Of a stretch of 64,000 nt of DNA, positions 37,101 to 46,800 are shown in pieces. How positions within the stretch are numbered: the first letter of the stretch is position 1; each line of letters begins with the position of its first letter. Source of the DNA: Verrucomicrobiia bacterium (GTDB lineage: Bacteria; Verrucomicrobiota; Verrucomicrobiia; Limisphaerales; JADLHS01); the NCBI GenBank assembly GCA_011525685.1, contig WYBW01000168.1, forward strand, positions 25,859 to 89,858, in the 5' to 3' direction. Under the pieces are notes generated by a model. It saw nothing but the letters and a program-made list of their open reading frames with translations. It was not told where the DNA came from and ran no database searches. The position numbers and the translations under genes were made by a program.

Positions 37101-39983
37101 GATGAGTCCCAGCCAGTGCGGGAGGTGAAGCGGGCTGAAGGCCGCGCTCCGAGTCTGGCGGCAGCCCTTGCGTTTTCAGACGACCAACGCCTCGGCTTCG
37201 TGCAGGAGTTCATGGGCGCGCGGTACCAGGAAGGCTACGCCAAGGGCCTTCATGACCAGGACGCCGCGAAGATTTTCCACGCGCTGCTCACCACGCATCA
37301 CGCGCTGCAACTCGCGCGCTTCAGTCCGATGGCGCGGGCCGGCGCCGTGGTTTACTGGAATCGCTTTTGTCCGGCGGAAACGAAGACGCTCTGGACGGCC
37401 AAGCTCAACGGCTTTGCCGAGCGCAACAAGCTTTTCCCCGGCGATCCAACGCAACAAGACTACATCGCCGCGCTGCAAGCGTTGGTGCGCGCGTTCGTCG
37501 AGGAAGCGAAGCTCTACCCGCCCGAGATCGCCAATGAAGCGGGCGAGTACCTGTTCAACGAACTCATCACCAGCGAAACGGTCTCCGTCAGCCAGGAAGC
37601 CGATCAATTGGCGAACGCGTTCAGCCGTCATCTCGCGAGCAAAGGCAGTGAGAAGACCTTTGAACAACGCCGCCAGGCACTGGTCGAGCATCCCGGCAGC
37701 GAACTCGACTTGGTGCGCGATTGGGTGAGGGGATTTCTCCTTACACAGGTGGATCCGGTCGCGCTGCGACCGGATGTCGAGTCGCAGCGCGACTCGACCC
37801 ACCAGTTCCGCTATCTCGATGAAGTCGCCGCCATTTTGTTCTGCGGCGCGGCGCTCAAGCGCTCCGTCGTCAAAGCCGCCACCTCGCGGGTGATCGAATG
37901 CATGAAGGGCAGTCACGCGCTGATTCAGGGCAGCAAGTATCACTTTGATTACCTGAACTTTCAGGAACGGCTGCAACGCTTCGAGCGCGAGGTTGTGCCG
38001 CGTTTCGAGAAGTTCCACGCGCTCAAGCAGGAGTTGATTGAGCGCGAGCGCGCCAAGCTGCGGCTGGAGGAATTCAAGCCCAAGGTGCTGACGTCCTTCG
38101 TGCGCAACCAGCTCATTGACCAGGTTTATCTTCCGCTCATCGGCGACAATCTCGCCAAGCAGATTGGCGCGGCGGGCGCGGCCAAGCGCACGGACCTGAT
38201 GGGATTGCTGCTCGTGATTTCGCCGCCCGGTTACGGCAAGACCACCCTGATGGAATACATCGCCAGCCGGCTGGGACTCGTCTTCATCAAAATCAACGGC
38301 CCGGCCCTCGGGCACAATGTCGTGTCGCTCGATCCCGAGGAAGCGCCAAACGCCGCCGCACGCGAGGAAATCATCAAGCTGAACCTCGCGCTGGAGATGG
38401 GCGACAACGCGATGATCTGCGTGGACGACATCCAGCATTGCAACCCGGAGTTCCTGCAGAAGTTCATCTCGCTCTGCGACGCCCAACGGAAGATCGAGGG
38501 CGTCTGGCGCGGGAAGCCGCGCACTTATGATCTGCGCGGTCGCAAGGTCGTGGTGGTGATGGCGGGCAATCCTTACACCGAAAGCGGACAGAAATTCAAA
38601 ATCCCGGACATGCTCGCCAACCGCGCCGACACCTACAACCTCGGCGACATCATCGGTGGCAGCGCGGATTATTTCAAGGCGAGCTATCTCGAAAACGCCG
38701 TCACTTCCAACGCTGTGCTCGCACCGCTGGCGAACAAGAGCCAGAAGGACATCTGCTCGTTCATCCGCATGGCGGAATCCGGCGAGCGCGAGGCCGAGGG
38801 GTTCGAGGGGAGTTACTCCTCGCAGGAGGTGGAGGAAATCCTCTCCGTGATGAAAAAACTCGTGATGATTCGCGAAGTCGTGCTGCGCGTGAATCAGGAA
38901 TACATCTACTCCGCCGCGCAGGCGGACGAGTTCCGCGTCGAACCGCCGTTCCGCTTGCAAGGATCGTATCGCAACATGAACCGCTTGGCGGAAAAGGTCG
39001 TCGCCATCATGAACGACGACGAAGTGCGCGGACTCATCGTGGACCATTATCGCGGTGAGTCGCAGACATTGACGACCGGCGCGGAGGCGAACCTGCTCAA
39101 ATTCAAGGAACTCATCGGCGAATTGACGGCGGAGGAGAAAGCGCGCTGGGAGGACATCAAGCAGACGTTCAAGCGCAACAACGCCGCACGTGGTGCCGGC
39201 GGCGAGAACGACCCCGCCGGGCGCATCGTGGCGCAGTTGAGCGGGTTTCAGTCGGGCTTGGAAGGAATCCAGAAGGTCATCTCAGACCAGTTGGCCAAAC
39301 CACCTCCGCCACCTCCACAGGTCAACGTGGACATGACTCCGGTGGGCCGCAGTCTGGAAGCCCTGCAAACCGCTCTGGAGAAACAAGCGGCAAAGGCCCC
39401 GCCTGCGCCGCAAGTCGTGGTGGACCTGACCCCGGTAGGCAAAGGGCTGGAAGCATTGCAGGCGGCGCTGGAGAAGCAGTCCACGAGGTCGCAACCTGCC
39501 GCGCTGCCCGTGACGATTGATCTCACGCCGCTCGCCGCGAACCTCGAGGCGTTGCGCAACACCGTTGACCAGCGCCTCGCACAACCGGCCAGGAAAGAGG
39601 ACAAGGGCAATGGCGATTTCAACGTGCTCGCCGCCAAGCTGGGCGAAGGACTGAACGCACTGCGGGAGGACTTGAGCCGGGCGATTTCGGTGGTTCACAC
39701 CGGCACGATGGCCGACGCGATGAAGCGGATGGAGCACGAGATGGAGATGGTCCACAGCACGCTGGCAACATTGAAAGACATGGCCGCGCGGCAGCGCGAT
39801 CATTTGCGCGCCTCGCAGGAACTGCTGGAAACCCGCGCGAAGCAGGGCGCGGTGGAGATTGACGTGACGCAGGAGATGTTGACCAACGAAGCGGCGTTCC
39901 TCGAACACTTCCACAAAGTCATTGCCGAGGCGCAAAAGCAGCGCGAGTCCAAGGAAGGCGAACCACCGTCAAAGAATCAATGA
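34188..39983 (+). CDS. Giant (1931 aa) coiled-coil protein with a single MoxR/AAA_5-type ATPase module and C-terminal tandem repeats; function unknown
   Basis: Continuous ORF with coherent domain content. Walker A LLLVISPPGYGKTTLMEY (nt about 38229). Walker B/MoxR box NAMICVDDIQHCNPEFLQKFISLCD. Sensor region VVVVMAGNPYTESGQKFKIPDMLANRADTYNL matching the MoxR pattern hhhATxNP.E..G...LPEA.LDRF. Long predicted coiled coils between residues about 520-900. Three about 36-aa repeats at the C-terminus (..VDMTPVGRSLEALQTALEKQ.. / ..VDLTPVGKGLEALQAALEKQ.. / ..IDLTPLAANLEALRNTVDQR..). Reverse ORFs 34431..36533 and 37176..39047 are shadows. Confidence 0.85.
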   Translation: MPDAPEPKPAPPPEGAPTAAPETTAPSTAQALGSATYEIIRQRLNTQGAALRERMAKLDARRAEVFGTIEYKLLQADRIVTSHNCVPRDMVQLGHGRFLFGFNVQFGLKKEMELADVFAVYRRDEEAGTFKEDTLDVLNDKQFLIDFKRLYNVYEKTAFRKFAVIDGKLYMKFATGAGLNDFAVFKWAFNEGNLKFVDGRAEAEYRRIAYPPAHQFRWQTPDRESYRYGDHPHVSIEDRVFVECVGGDLTIKVEDNTKTGEGVYSEPVDDKYQKVDDAEIAYGLVGHLILLKIRPYKEQAARYFIFNEKQQTAVRVDSLGYSCVMLPEEHGLIFPDGYYLATGELKQFDCDATNMVIERVVHAPNGEDVLYVFYNRLTGDYALLPYRLIAQKVEERISCNGFSLFPNGHLLLFRAEAEPQKHHMIQLRQTPFHQPGSEPAGQKDAFLYQVGNKEVVRCLAECNEVMTLVRKENPYAEIYTDLVKRCGAILDSYPWLSSADGFGVDAALRAVREAADKAVDEYDKVRRLQREAVERVKDIRKRCTEQFQNIRRASFRVLNDFVVNLATLRKLRGELITLKEVRYVDVAQVEELEKQVATQTDELSNSCVKFLLKPEALEPYRRQATDHLAAVDRVTKVAEGKEIEKAVTVAGGELEMLIEIVNSLKIEDATETTRIIDGITAVYSTLNQVKAALKKRLQSLVASEGAAQFAAQMKLLSQAASSYLDLCDSPAKCEEYLNRLSVQLEELEGTFADFEEYTVQLAERRTELYEAFEQRKVALVEQRNRKASALMTAAERILKVIQNRLAGFKSIEDINSYMASDLMIAKVRETIEQLLALGDSVKADDLQGRLKSVQQDAVRQLKDRQELFVGGENVIKLGKHQFNINTQPLDLTVVNRDGVQHIHLTSTKYFEAITDEAFLATRDVWDQEVVSENREVYRAEYLAWQMLKAIENRSAGFSPLQRGNGGALGNPDESQPVREVKRAEGRAPSLAAALAFSDDQRLGFVQEFMGARYQEGYAKGLHDQDAAKIFHALLTTHHALQLARFSPMARAGAVVYWNRFCPAETKTLWTAKLNGFAERNKLFPGDPTQQDYIAALQALVRAFVEEAKLYPPEIANEAGEYLFNELITSETVSVSQEADQLANAFSRHLASKGSEKTFEQRRQALVEHPGSELDLVRDWVRGFLLTQVDPVALRPDVESQRDSTHQFRYLDEVAAILFCGAALKRSVVKAATSRVIECMKGSHALIQGSKYHFDYLNFQERLQRFEREVVPRFEKFHALKQELIERERAKLRLEEFKPKVLTSFVRNQLIDQVYLPLIGDNLAKQIGAAGAAKRTDLMGLLLVISPPGYGKTTLMEYIASRLGLVFIKINGPALGHNVVSLDPEEAPNAAAREEIIKLNLALEMGDNAMICVDDIQHCNPEFLQKFISLCDAQRKIEGVWRGKPRTYDLRGRKVVVVMAGNPYTESGQKFKIPDMLANRADTYNLGDIIGGSADYFKASYLENAVTSNAVLAPLANKSQKDICSFIRMAESGEREAEGFEGSYSSQEVEEILSVMKKLVMIREVVLRVNQEYIYSAAQADEFRVEPPFRLQGSYRNMNRLAEKVVAIMNDDEVRGLIVDHYRGESQTLTTGAEANLLKFKELIGELTAEEKARWEDIKQTFKRNNAARGAGGENDPAGRIVAQLSGFQSGLEGIQKVISDQLAKPPPPPPQVNVDMTPVGRSLEALQTALEKQAAKAPPAPQVVVDLTPVGKGLEALQAALEKQSTRSQPAALPVTIDLTPLAANLEALRNTVDQRLAQPARKEDKGNGDFNVLAAKLGEGLNALREDLSRAISVVHTGTMADAMKRMEHEMEMVHSTLATLKDMAARQRDHLRASQELLETRAKQGAVEIDVTQEMLTNEAAFLEHFHKVIAEAQKQRESKEGEPPSKNQ

Positions 39984-39993
39984 GGAGGTAATC

Positions 39994-40824
39994 ATGAAAC
40001 AATTCATCAGCAAGGCAAAGGATCTGAGTCAACGCGCGGCGGAGTGGAAGGCCGCCGTGGAGCGGTTGCCACCCAAGGTGGCGGAAGTGCGCGAAACCAT
40101 TGCCGCGACCGCCGGGCAATTGCAGCAATTGAAGACCGAGGTTCAGTCCAGCGTGACCGACTTGAAAGCTGACAGCGAACAGCGCATCAGCCAGGCGCTC
40201 CAGGAAATCAACAGCAGTCGGGAAGTGTTCCTGGAGGCCGGCTTCGACCTGGACGGGGTGGACCTGGAAATCAGCCCCGTCCAACGGCTGCTGGTGCATT
40301 TGGACAAGCTGGAGGAGGTGTCACCAGCAGTGATCCGGTCGCTGATTGCCGCGAACAAACCGCGCCGGACGACGCACGCCTTGCTGACCGCGTTGCTACA
40401 GGCTCAGGAAACGGCAGCGACGGTGGACCTGGCCGGGCTGGATTGTGTTGAACTGGTCGTTGGCATCGGACCCATTCCTTCGGTGCGCCTTTGCTGGCGG
40501 GCGGCAGCGGCTTCCGCGGAAACCGCCAAGCCGACACCATCTCACTCTCCCCAAGTGGCCTCTGCCGCCCCCGCAGCGCCGACGCCCTCGGCTTTCAGCC
40601 AGAGCACGTTTTTCGAGCGTCAAGCGGTCGTGCCATCGCCTTCGGCGATTGCCACGCCCCAGTCCGAAGCCAGCGCGCCCGTTGTTCCACCTGCAGTTCC
40701 GCACCTGGCAAAATCCGCGGAAACATCGGCAGACATCGAGACGACACGCACGACTTCCCCAGCCGCCGGAACACCAGATCCATTGGCGCGATTCAAGAAG
40801 ATGCCCGATCTCTCCAAGCATTGA
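39994..40824 (+). CDS. Hypothetical 277-aa protein translationally coupled to the giant ATPase (structured N-terminal half, Ala/Pro/Ser-rich disordered C-terminal half)
   Basis: ATG 39994 lies 10 nt after the giant gene stop and is preceded by GAGGAGGTAA, one of the few strong SD sequences in the window. No recognisable domain. Confidence 0.7.
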   Translation: MKQFISKAKDLSQRAAEWKAAVERLPPKVAEVRETIAATAGQLQQLKTEVQSSVTDLKADSEQRISQALQEINSSREVFLEAGFDLDGVDLEISPVQRLLVHLDKLEEVSPAVIRSLIAANKPRRTTHALLTALLQAQETAATVDLAGLDCVELVVGIGPIPSVRLCWRAAAASAETAKPTPSHSPQVASAAPAAPTPSAFSQSTFFERQAVVPSPSAIATPQSEASAPVVPPAVPHLAKSAETSADIETTRTTSPAAGTPDPLARFKKMPDLSKH

Positions 40825-40883
40825 TTCTGAACAACCTGCCTGAGTGGGATATCCGACCGGGTGGACGGAACTCGCGACAAGTT

Positions 40884-43800
40884 TCAGGGCAGAGCAACCA
40901 GCCGGTAAAAGCGTTGCGGCTGGCCGGTGAGATCGTCATCCACGATCAATTCCGGTCCCGCGGCTTCAACCGGCGATCCCAGCGGCAGCCAGACTGGGTC
41001 GCCTAGTTGGGTTTTGTATTCCACCTGGTAGGAGCGGCCTTGGACCACCGTGAAGGACAGTCGGACCGTGTTGTTGTCAATCAAGCTGACCGTGCCAATC
41101 GGCGGCAACATCTCAGTAATGACCCGGCCGGGGGTCGGCCAGTCCGCCTGCCAATTCACCGGGTCGTTGCCGTAGTCCGCGAGGATGAGGCGTTGGAGGG
41201 AGTGTCCCTGGCCATCAGCGGATGCGGGCCAGGGAACTTCGTCATCGTAGGCGACGCGCTCGACCAACAGGTAGGGGACGAAGCCTGCGTCCGGTCGTCC
41301 GGGCGCTTGGGGTCTGTCGGGCCGCCACAGTTCCAGGGTTTCACCGGCATTATCCAGCCGGCCGGTGTACGGGCCGACCACGGGTCCAGTGGCGTCGTAG
41401 CGCGCGCGAAAGGCGTCGAGCGCGGCCGGATCGGCCACCGGATCGAAAGGCACGACCAGCAGGCTTCCGCCCGCGGCGATGCTGGTGCCGGACGGAAAAT
41501 CAAATGTCACCGCGTTGGCCAGCCGCCAGACATTGGTCGGAAACGACGGATCGTACAACGGCACCGCCTCGCCGGAAAAGTTGTGCAGTTCGATGAATTC
41601 CTCGTTGCCGGTTTCGTTGGTGTCGGCGGGCGGATGATACATCAGTTCGCTGATCACGACCGGGCCGACCCGTGGATAGGCGTTGGTGGCGCCCGTGCCG
41701 GTGCGGAAATGCGCCAGACTCAGGGGATTCTCCACGCCGAAGGTGTGCCGGCTCATCGCGACAAAATCCACGCCCACACTGGTTTCGTGTCGGCCAAACG
41801 AAACCCCGTTGGCGGCGGCGTCAAAGGTCAAACCCACCCTGCCGCCGGTGAGATTCCCGGACGTGTCCGCCTCCGACAACCAGACTGCGTCGCCCTGCGC
41901 CGAGTTGAAGCTGAAAAGCGGCGGTTCGTCGGCCTCACCATCGGCGGAGCCGAATTGATACTGGTAAAACACCAGGAAGCCACCTGGCGGCAGCACCGTG
42001 CCATCCGGGATGCGGTAGCGCTTGAGGTCGGTTTGGCTGTCGCTCAAATACCAGCCGCCGAGGTGGACCGGCAGCGCGGTGGGATTGTGAAGTTCGACGG
42101 CGTCCTCCAAAAAGTTCGCGGCATCTGTATGACTCAGCACTTCATTGATGACCACTCCCGGGAGCGGGAGGTAATTTGCCGCTCCGGGTGAAGGGGTGGT
42201 GGTGAAGGAGACGATGGCCGACGCGCCGTCCGGCAACCGGCCGCTGGAGACGCCGTCGGCCTGAATGCCAAAATCCACCGCGTCAATCAGGTTGCGGTTC
42301 GCGTCGTAGAGCCGCAAAGTTTCGCCGGCTTTGTCCAGCGCGAACGCGACGTGATCCCGTCCCGCGGCGAGATTGCCATCCGCCTTGAACAGCACCCAGC
42401 GGCCTCCCCCGACAAAACTGAGGGCGGGAACAGGTGATTTCGTGATGCCGAAAGTGGACGGGTCATCGGTCAACAGCAACCCGCCCAACTCCACGGGCAA
42501 CGCGCTGGTGTTGTAAAGCTCGAACCAATCGTCGCCGCTGGCCGGGGCGGCCATCCACTCGTTGATCCGCAGCGCGGTTACCGGTCCCAAGGTGGCGGGA
42601 GTTGAGTTGGCCGCGCCGGGTGTGGGCGACGCCAGCAGTCGCCATTGGCCGCCGCTGCGGCCCAGCGAGAGGTTTTCCACCTGGAAACCGTAGCTGACCG
42701 AGTTCACGGGCTGGCCGAGGCCGTTGAAGAAAATCACGTCGCCACTTTCACCGGAGAGATTGAAGCCGGTGTTGAGTCCCGGGCCGGCGACGCTCGTGGA
42801 GGGTGACCGCGAGCCATCGCACCAAATCACCAGATACCCGCCGGCCGGAACGTTCACGCCCGCCGGGATCGTCCAGCGATCGCCGGCCGAGAGCGAACGG
42901 CCCAGCGCCATCCCGCCAAGGGCCACGGTGCCGCCGGTGCCGTTGTAAAGCTCCACAAAGTCCGCGTAGGTTCCCCACGGACTGACCACGGCGCGCTGGT
43001 TGCGGGCCAGCACTTCATTCAACACCGGCCCGTTGTAAGCGAGCACATAGTTGCTCGCGCCCGGACTCACGCTGCCGGTGAATGTGGCAAGGGTCGTCGC
43101 GCCATCCGGCAGCCGGCCCTCGGACACGGCTTGAGTCTGCGGGCCGTAGGTCACGCGCTCCAGTTCCGCCGCGGCTTCGCTGTAGAGCGCGATGGCGCCG
43201 CCCGCCGCCGGAAGCTTGAATTCCAACTGGTCCGCGCCGGGCAGTTCTTCCGCGAACAACTGCGCGTAGCCCCTTGGGGCCACAAAGGAGAGTGCGTTAT
43301 AGCGGAACAACGCATTGCTGCTGGCGAAGTACAAGCCGCGCAGGGCCACCGGCGCGATCGCGGAACGATTGAACAATTCCAGCCAGTCCTGACCGCCGGG
43401 CTCCGGGCTGGCGAGCCATTCGTTGAGGGCCAGTTGCGATGCTGCAGCCAGCGGCGCGGCGACGTTTTCCCCACCCGGGGTCGGCAGGGTGAGCCGCCAT
43501 TCACCGGTGTCGCGCCCCACCGAGTAATCGGTCAGTTGCAGGCCAAAGGTCAACGCGTCCACCCGGTTTGTGGCCGCGTCAAACAGGGAAACCGTTTCGC
43601 CCTTGCGGCCGAGGGCGAAACCCGCGTGCAGCCCGGGGGAATTCGTGGCGCTGTCGCACCAGACCACCAGGTAACCACCCGCCGCGAGGACGGTCTCGGC
43701 GGGAAACACGAACTTTCGCGGGTTGCTGTCGTCCGTCAGACTCCAATCAGCCAGGTTCACCGGAGCGGCGCCACGATTGTGCAATTCCACCCAGTCCGGC

Positions 43801-46800
43801 CACGCGCCGTCGTGAGGCACGCTGCCGCCGTTGTCGGCCATGACTTCGTTGAGCACCACCTCGCCCAACGCGGGGGCGAGTGGTGGCAGGCCGGGCGTGC
43901 CGTTGACGGTGACGCTGGCGCGCCAGTTGTCGGGGGCGTTGGGGTCGCCCCGAGCATCAATCACCTCCAGCGAAAACCCGTCGCCATCCGGCGCGGTGGG
44001 CCAGCCGTTCTCGTCGTCGTAATGAACCGCTGTCACCGTGCGGCCGTTGCCATCAAGGATGGCGATGCGCTCGCCGCCGTTGGCGAGATTGCCGGCGAAA
44101 TCGCCGAAGACCATGGCCGATGGATACCGCGCGGCGAACTGCGCCGGGCTGGAGTTGTTGGCCAGCAAGAGGACTGCGCCGGCTTGAAGGATCGTTCCAA
44201 TCGGGACAACAAAATTGATGCCTTGAAAGCTGAAACCGCCGATGTCCACTGGCAGAGCGCCCACGTTCTGGATTTCGAGGAACTCAAAGGCATCGCCGCC
44301 CAGCGGGTTGTACATGATCTCGGTGATGCGCAAGGGCACGCCCAGTTCGCCGACGGTGAAGGTGGCCTCATTGAGGGCGCTCCAGGTCGTGCCGTTGAGC
44401 ACGCGGGCTTTGAGCGTGACGGTGGTCCCCAGCACGAGCGGCGTCGAATACGTCAGCGCCGCGGCCGCCACTTCACCCGAGTAATACACGCGCGGGTCGC
44501 TGCCGTTGGTGGTGTAATAGATGACGCCCGCGCCGGGATTGCGCATGGCCACCACGTAGCCCGCGGCGACTGCGCCACTGGCGATGATTGGCCCCGCCAC
44601 CGTGCTCTGGCGATATTCCGGGGCGTCGAGGGGTGGATACAATCCAGCGCTGCGAAACTGATTGAGCACCGTGGTTCCCCGGGTGACGAAATAGGAGTTC
44701 ACCTTGCGCTGGTTTTCCGGCAGCCAATGGTCCTCCCGGGTGTAGAGTTGGAAGAGGCCCTCTTGGTACTGATGAACATCGCGCCGGTAATCGCCCCAGC
44801 GCAGGGACTCGGCCACAATGGGTTTGTCCATGATGGCCTGCCAGTAATCCCAGCGCACGGTGTTGGCCTGGCGGGTCAACGCGCCGTCCGGCGCGATCAT
44901 GTGCTTGTGAACGCGGTCGGCGAAGTCCAGTCGGAACTGCGCGTTATCATCGAGCTTGGTGAACAGGCCGCTGGGCACGTCGGTGCTGGTGACGCGATTG
45001 ATGTTGTCATTGAGCAGAATGCATTCGCCGTCCCACGGAAAATATCTGAACCGGCCCTCCGCGCCACTCACGCGCTTGCGGAGTGCGTACCAGTTCTTGC
45101 TATTGCCCCAATCCTGGTGCCCGGCGAAGTAATGGAGCAGCATGTAATCCGAGAATTCCGTCACATCCAGATACTGCTTCATCAATTCATAGTTTGCGTT
45201 GTTGTTCAGCCCGCTGATGCCCACCATGGCCTGGTAGGCTGTGGAGGTGCCGGAAGCAAGCCCGCCCTGGTCGTAAACGTCGTATTCCTCATCCGTGCCG
45301 CCGAAATAATTCGCGCCGAAATGTTTGGTCGGCTGCTCGGTGAAATCGTAGGTGCCCCAGTAAAGTCCGTTGATGAACAGGTGAAAGAAACGGTTGTGGC
45401 TGGCGATGTGTCCCATGTCCCGTTGCGCATGTTTGATCCAGGCATCGTGTGTGCGGGTGGCGCGGGTGCGCTGGAACGCGCCAAGGCCGTTGCTGGCGAC
45501 ATCCGACCAATGCCGCCAACTGGAGTTGAAGTCGGGCCGCAGAATCAGATCATCAAACTCGCGCGCGGGTGAATCCGGAAACAGCCGGTAGTCGAGCATG
45601 GATTCACCAAACTCCCCCCGGAAGTTGAGCTTGAAGCCGTGCTTGGGATTCTTGTTCGGCTCGCGGCTGGCGTTGCCGTGGGCGCGCAGGCCGCCGTTCA
45701 CCGCAAAGGCGGTCGTGCCGTCCGGGAGCAGCATTTCCACGGAGCAGGGCTGGTCCGGGAAGTTTTTGTTCACAATATTCGGCGTGTGGTAAAGGCCGGA
45801 GGGATTGAAGATGTGGTTCATGTCCATCACGATGGAAACCACCGGCAACTCGCGCAGACCATCGTGGTACCGTTGAAGTTTGGCGGGATCAATCGGCGAG
45901 TCGGGATTGTTCGGATCCGTGCGAAGCGGGTCCAGGTCCATTTCATAGTCCGCCGGAACGATGTTGTTGGTGAAAGTGGAGTAGGTGCCCCAGGAGGCCG
46001 GAAACCCCGGTGGATTGTTTGGCTGCGCGAGCACACTGTCCAGGTAGATGTAGCTGTGGGTCCGGGTGCGGGAGGGGAGGTAATTGGGAGCGAATACGGC
46101 GGCGCGAACGTAGGTGGTGTTGGTGATCTGGATCGGTGCCGAATAAACCAGGCCGTTGACCGTGGTTGGCTCGCTGCCGTCCCGGGTGTAGCGGATGGTG
46201 GCGTTGGACACCGGCGTGGTGAGCACCAGGTTGAACGGCGCGTCGAACAGGCCGCGAGCGACACTGAAGTGCGGCTCGGGCGCGATGCCGAGGATGGCGC
46301 TGTTGCCGTTGGCGGCCCCGGGCGTGGGCGAAATGTAATATCGCCAGACATTCGAGCTTTGCTGGCCGTAGGAGAAGTTGTTGCGTTGCTCGGGATACCG
46401 CGGCGCGAATTCGCTCACCGCCACCCGGGGCGATTCGGGATTGAACAAGGCGAGGTACTCGCCGAAGAGGTCGAGCCGGAAATTCGTGTGAAAGCGGTTG
46501 GTTCCGGCCGGCACTCGCCGGTCCTTGCCGGAGGCGAAGACGACGAGATACTGTCCGGGATTGAGGACGCGCGAGGGAAACGTCCAGAGGCCGGGCACGT
46601 TCGCATTGTCGGTCAGCGACCAGCCAAGCAGGTCCACCGGCGTCGTGCCGCGATTGTACAACTCGATCCAGTCCGGGCGCTCGCCATCCTCATCCAGCAA
46701 CCCGGACAGGTTGCCGGCCACGAACTCGTTGATCACGATGTCGCCGGGCACAAGGGCGGGGTTGAGGGTCACCGACCAGTTGCCGCCGCCGAAGGGGTTC

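Noticed and set aside
34431-39047. Reverse ORFs 34431..36533 and 37176..39047 inside the giant ATPase gene
   Set aside because: Arg/Leu/Gly-rich, no domains; the forward 1931-aa frame carries Walker A/B and MoxR sensor motifs and uninterrupted coding periodicity.
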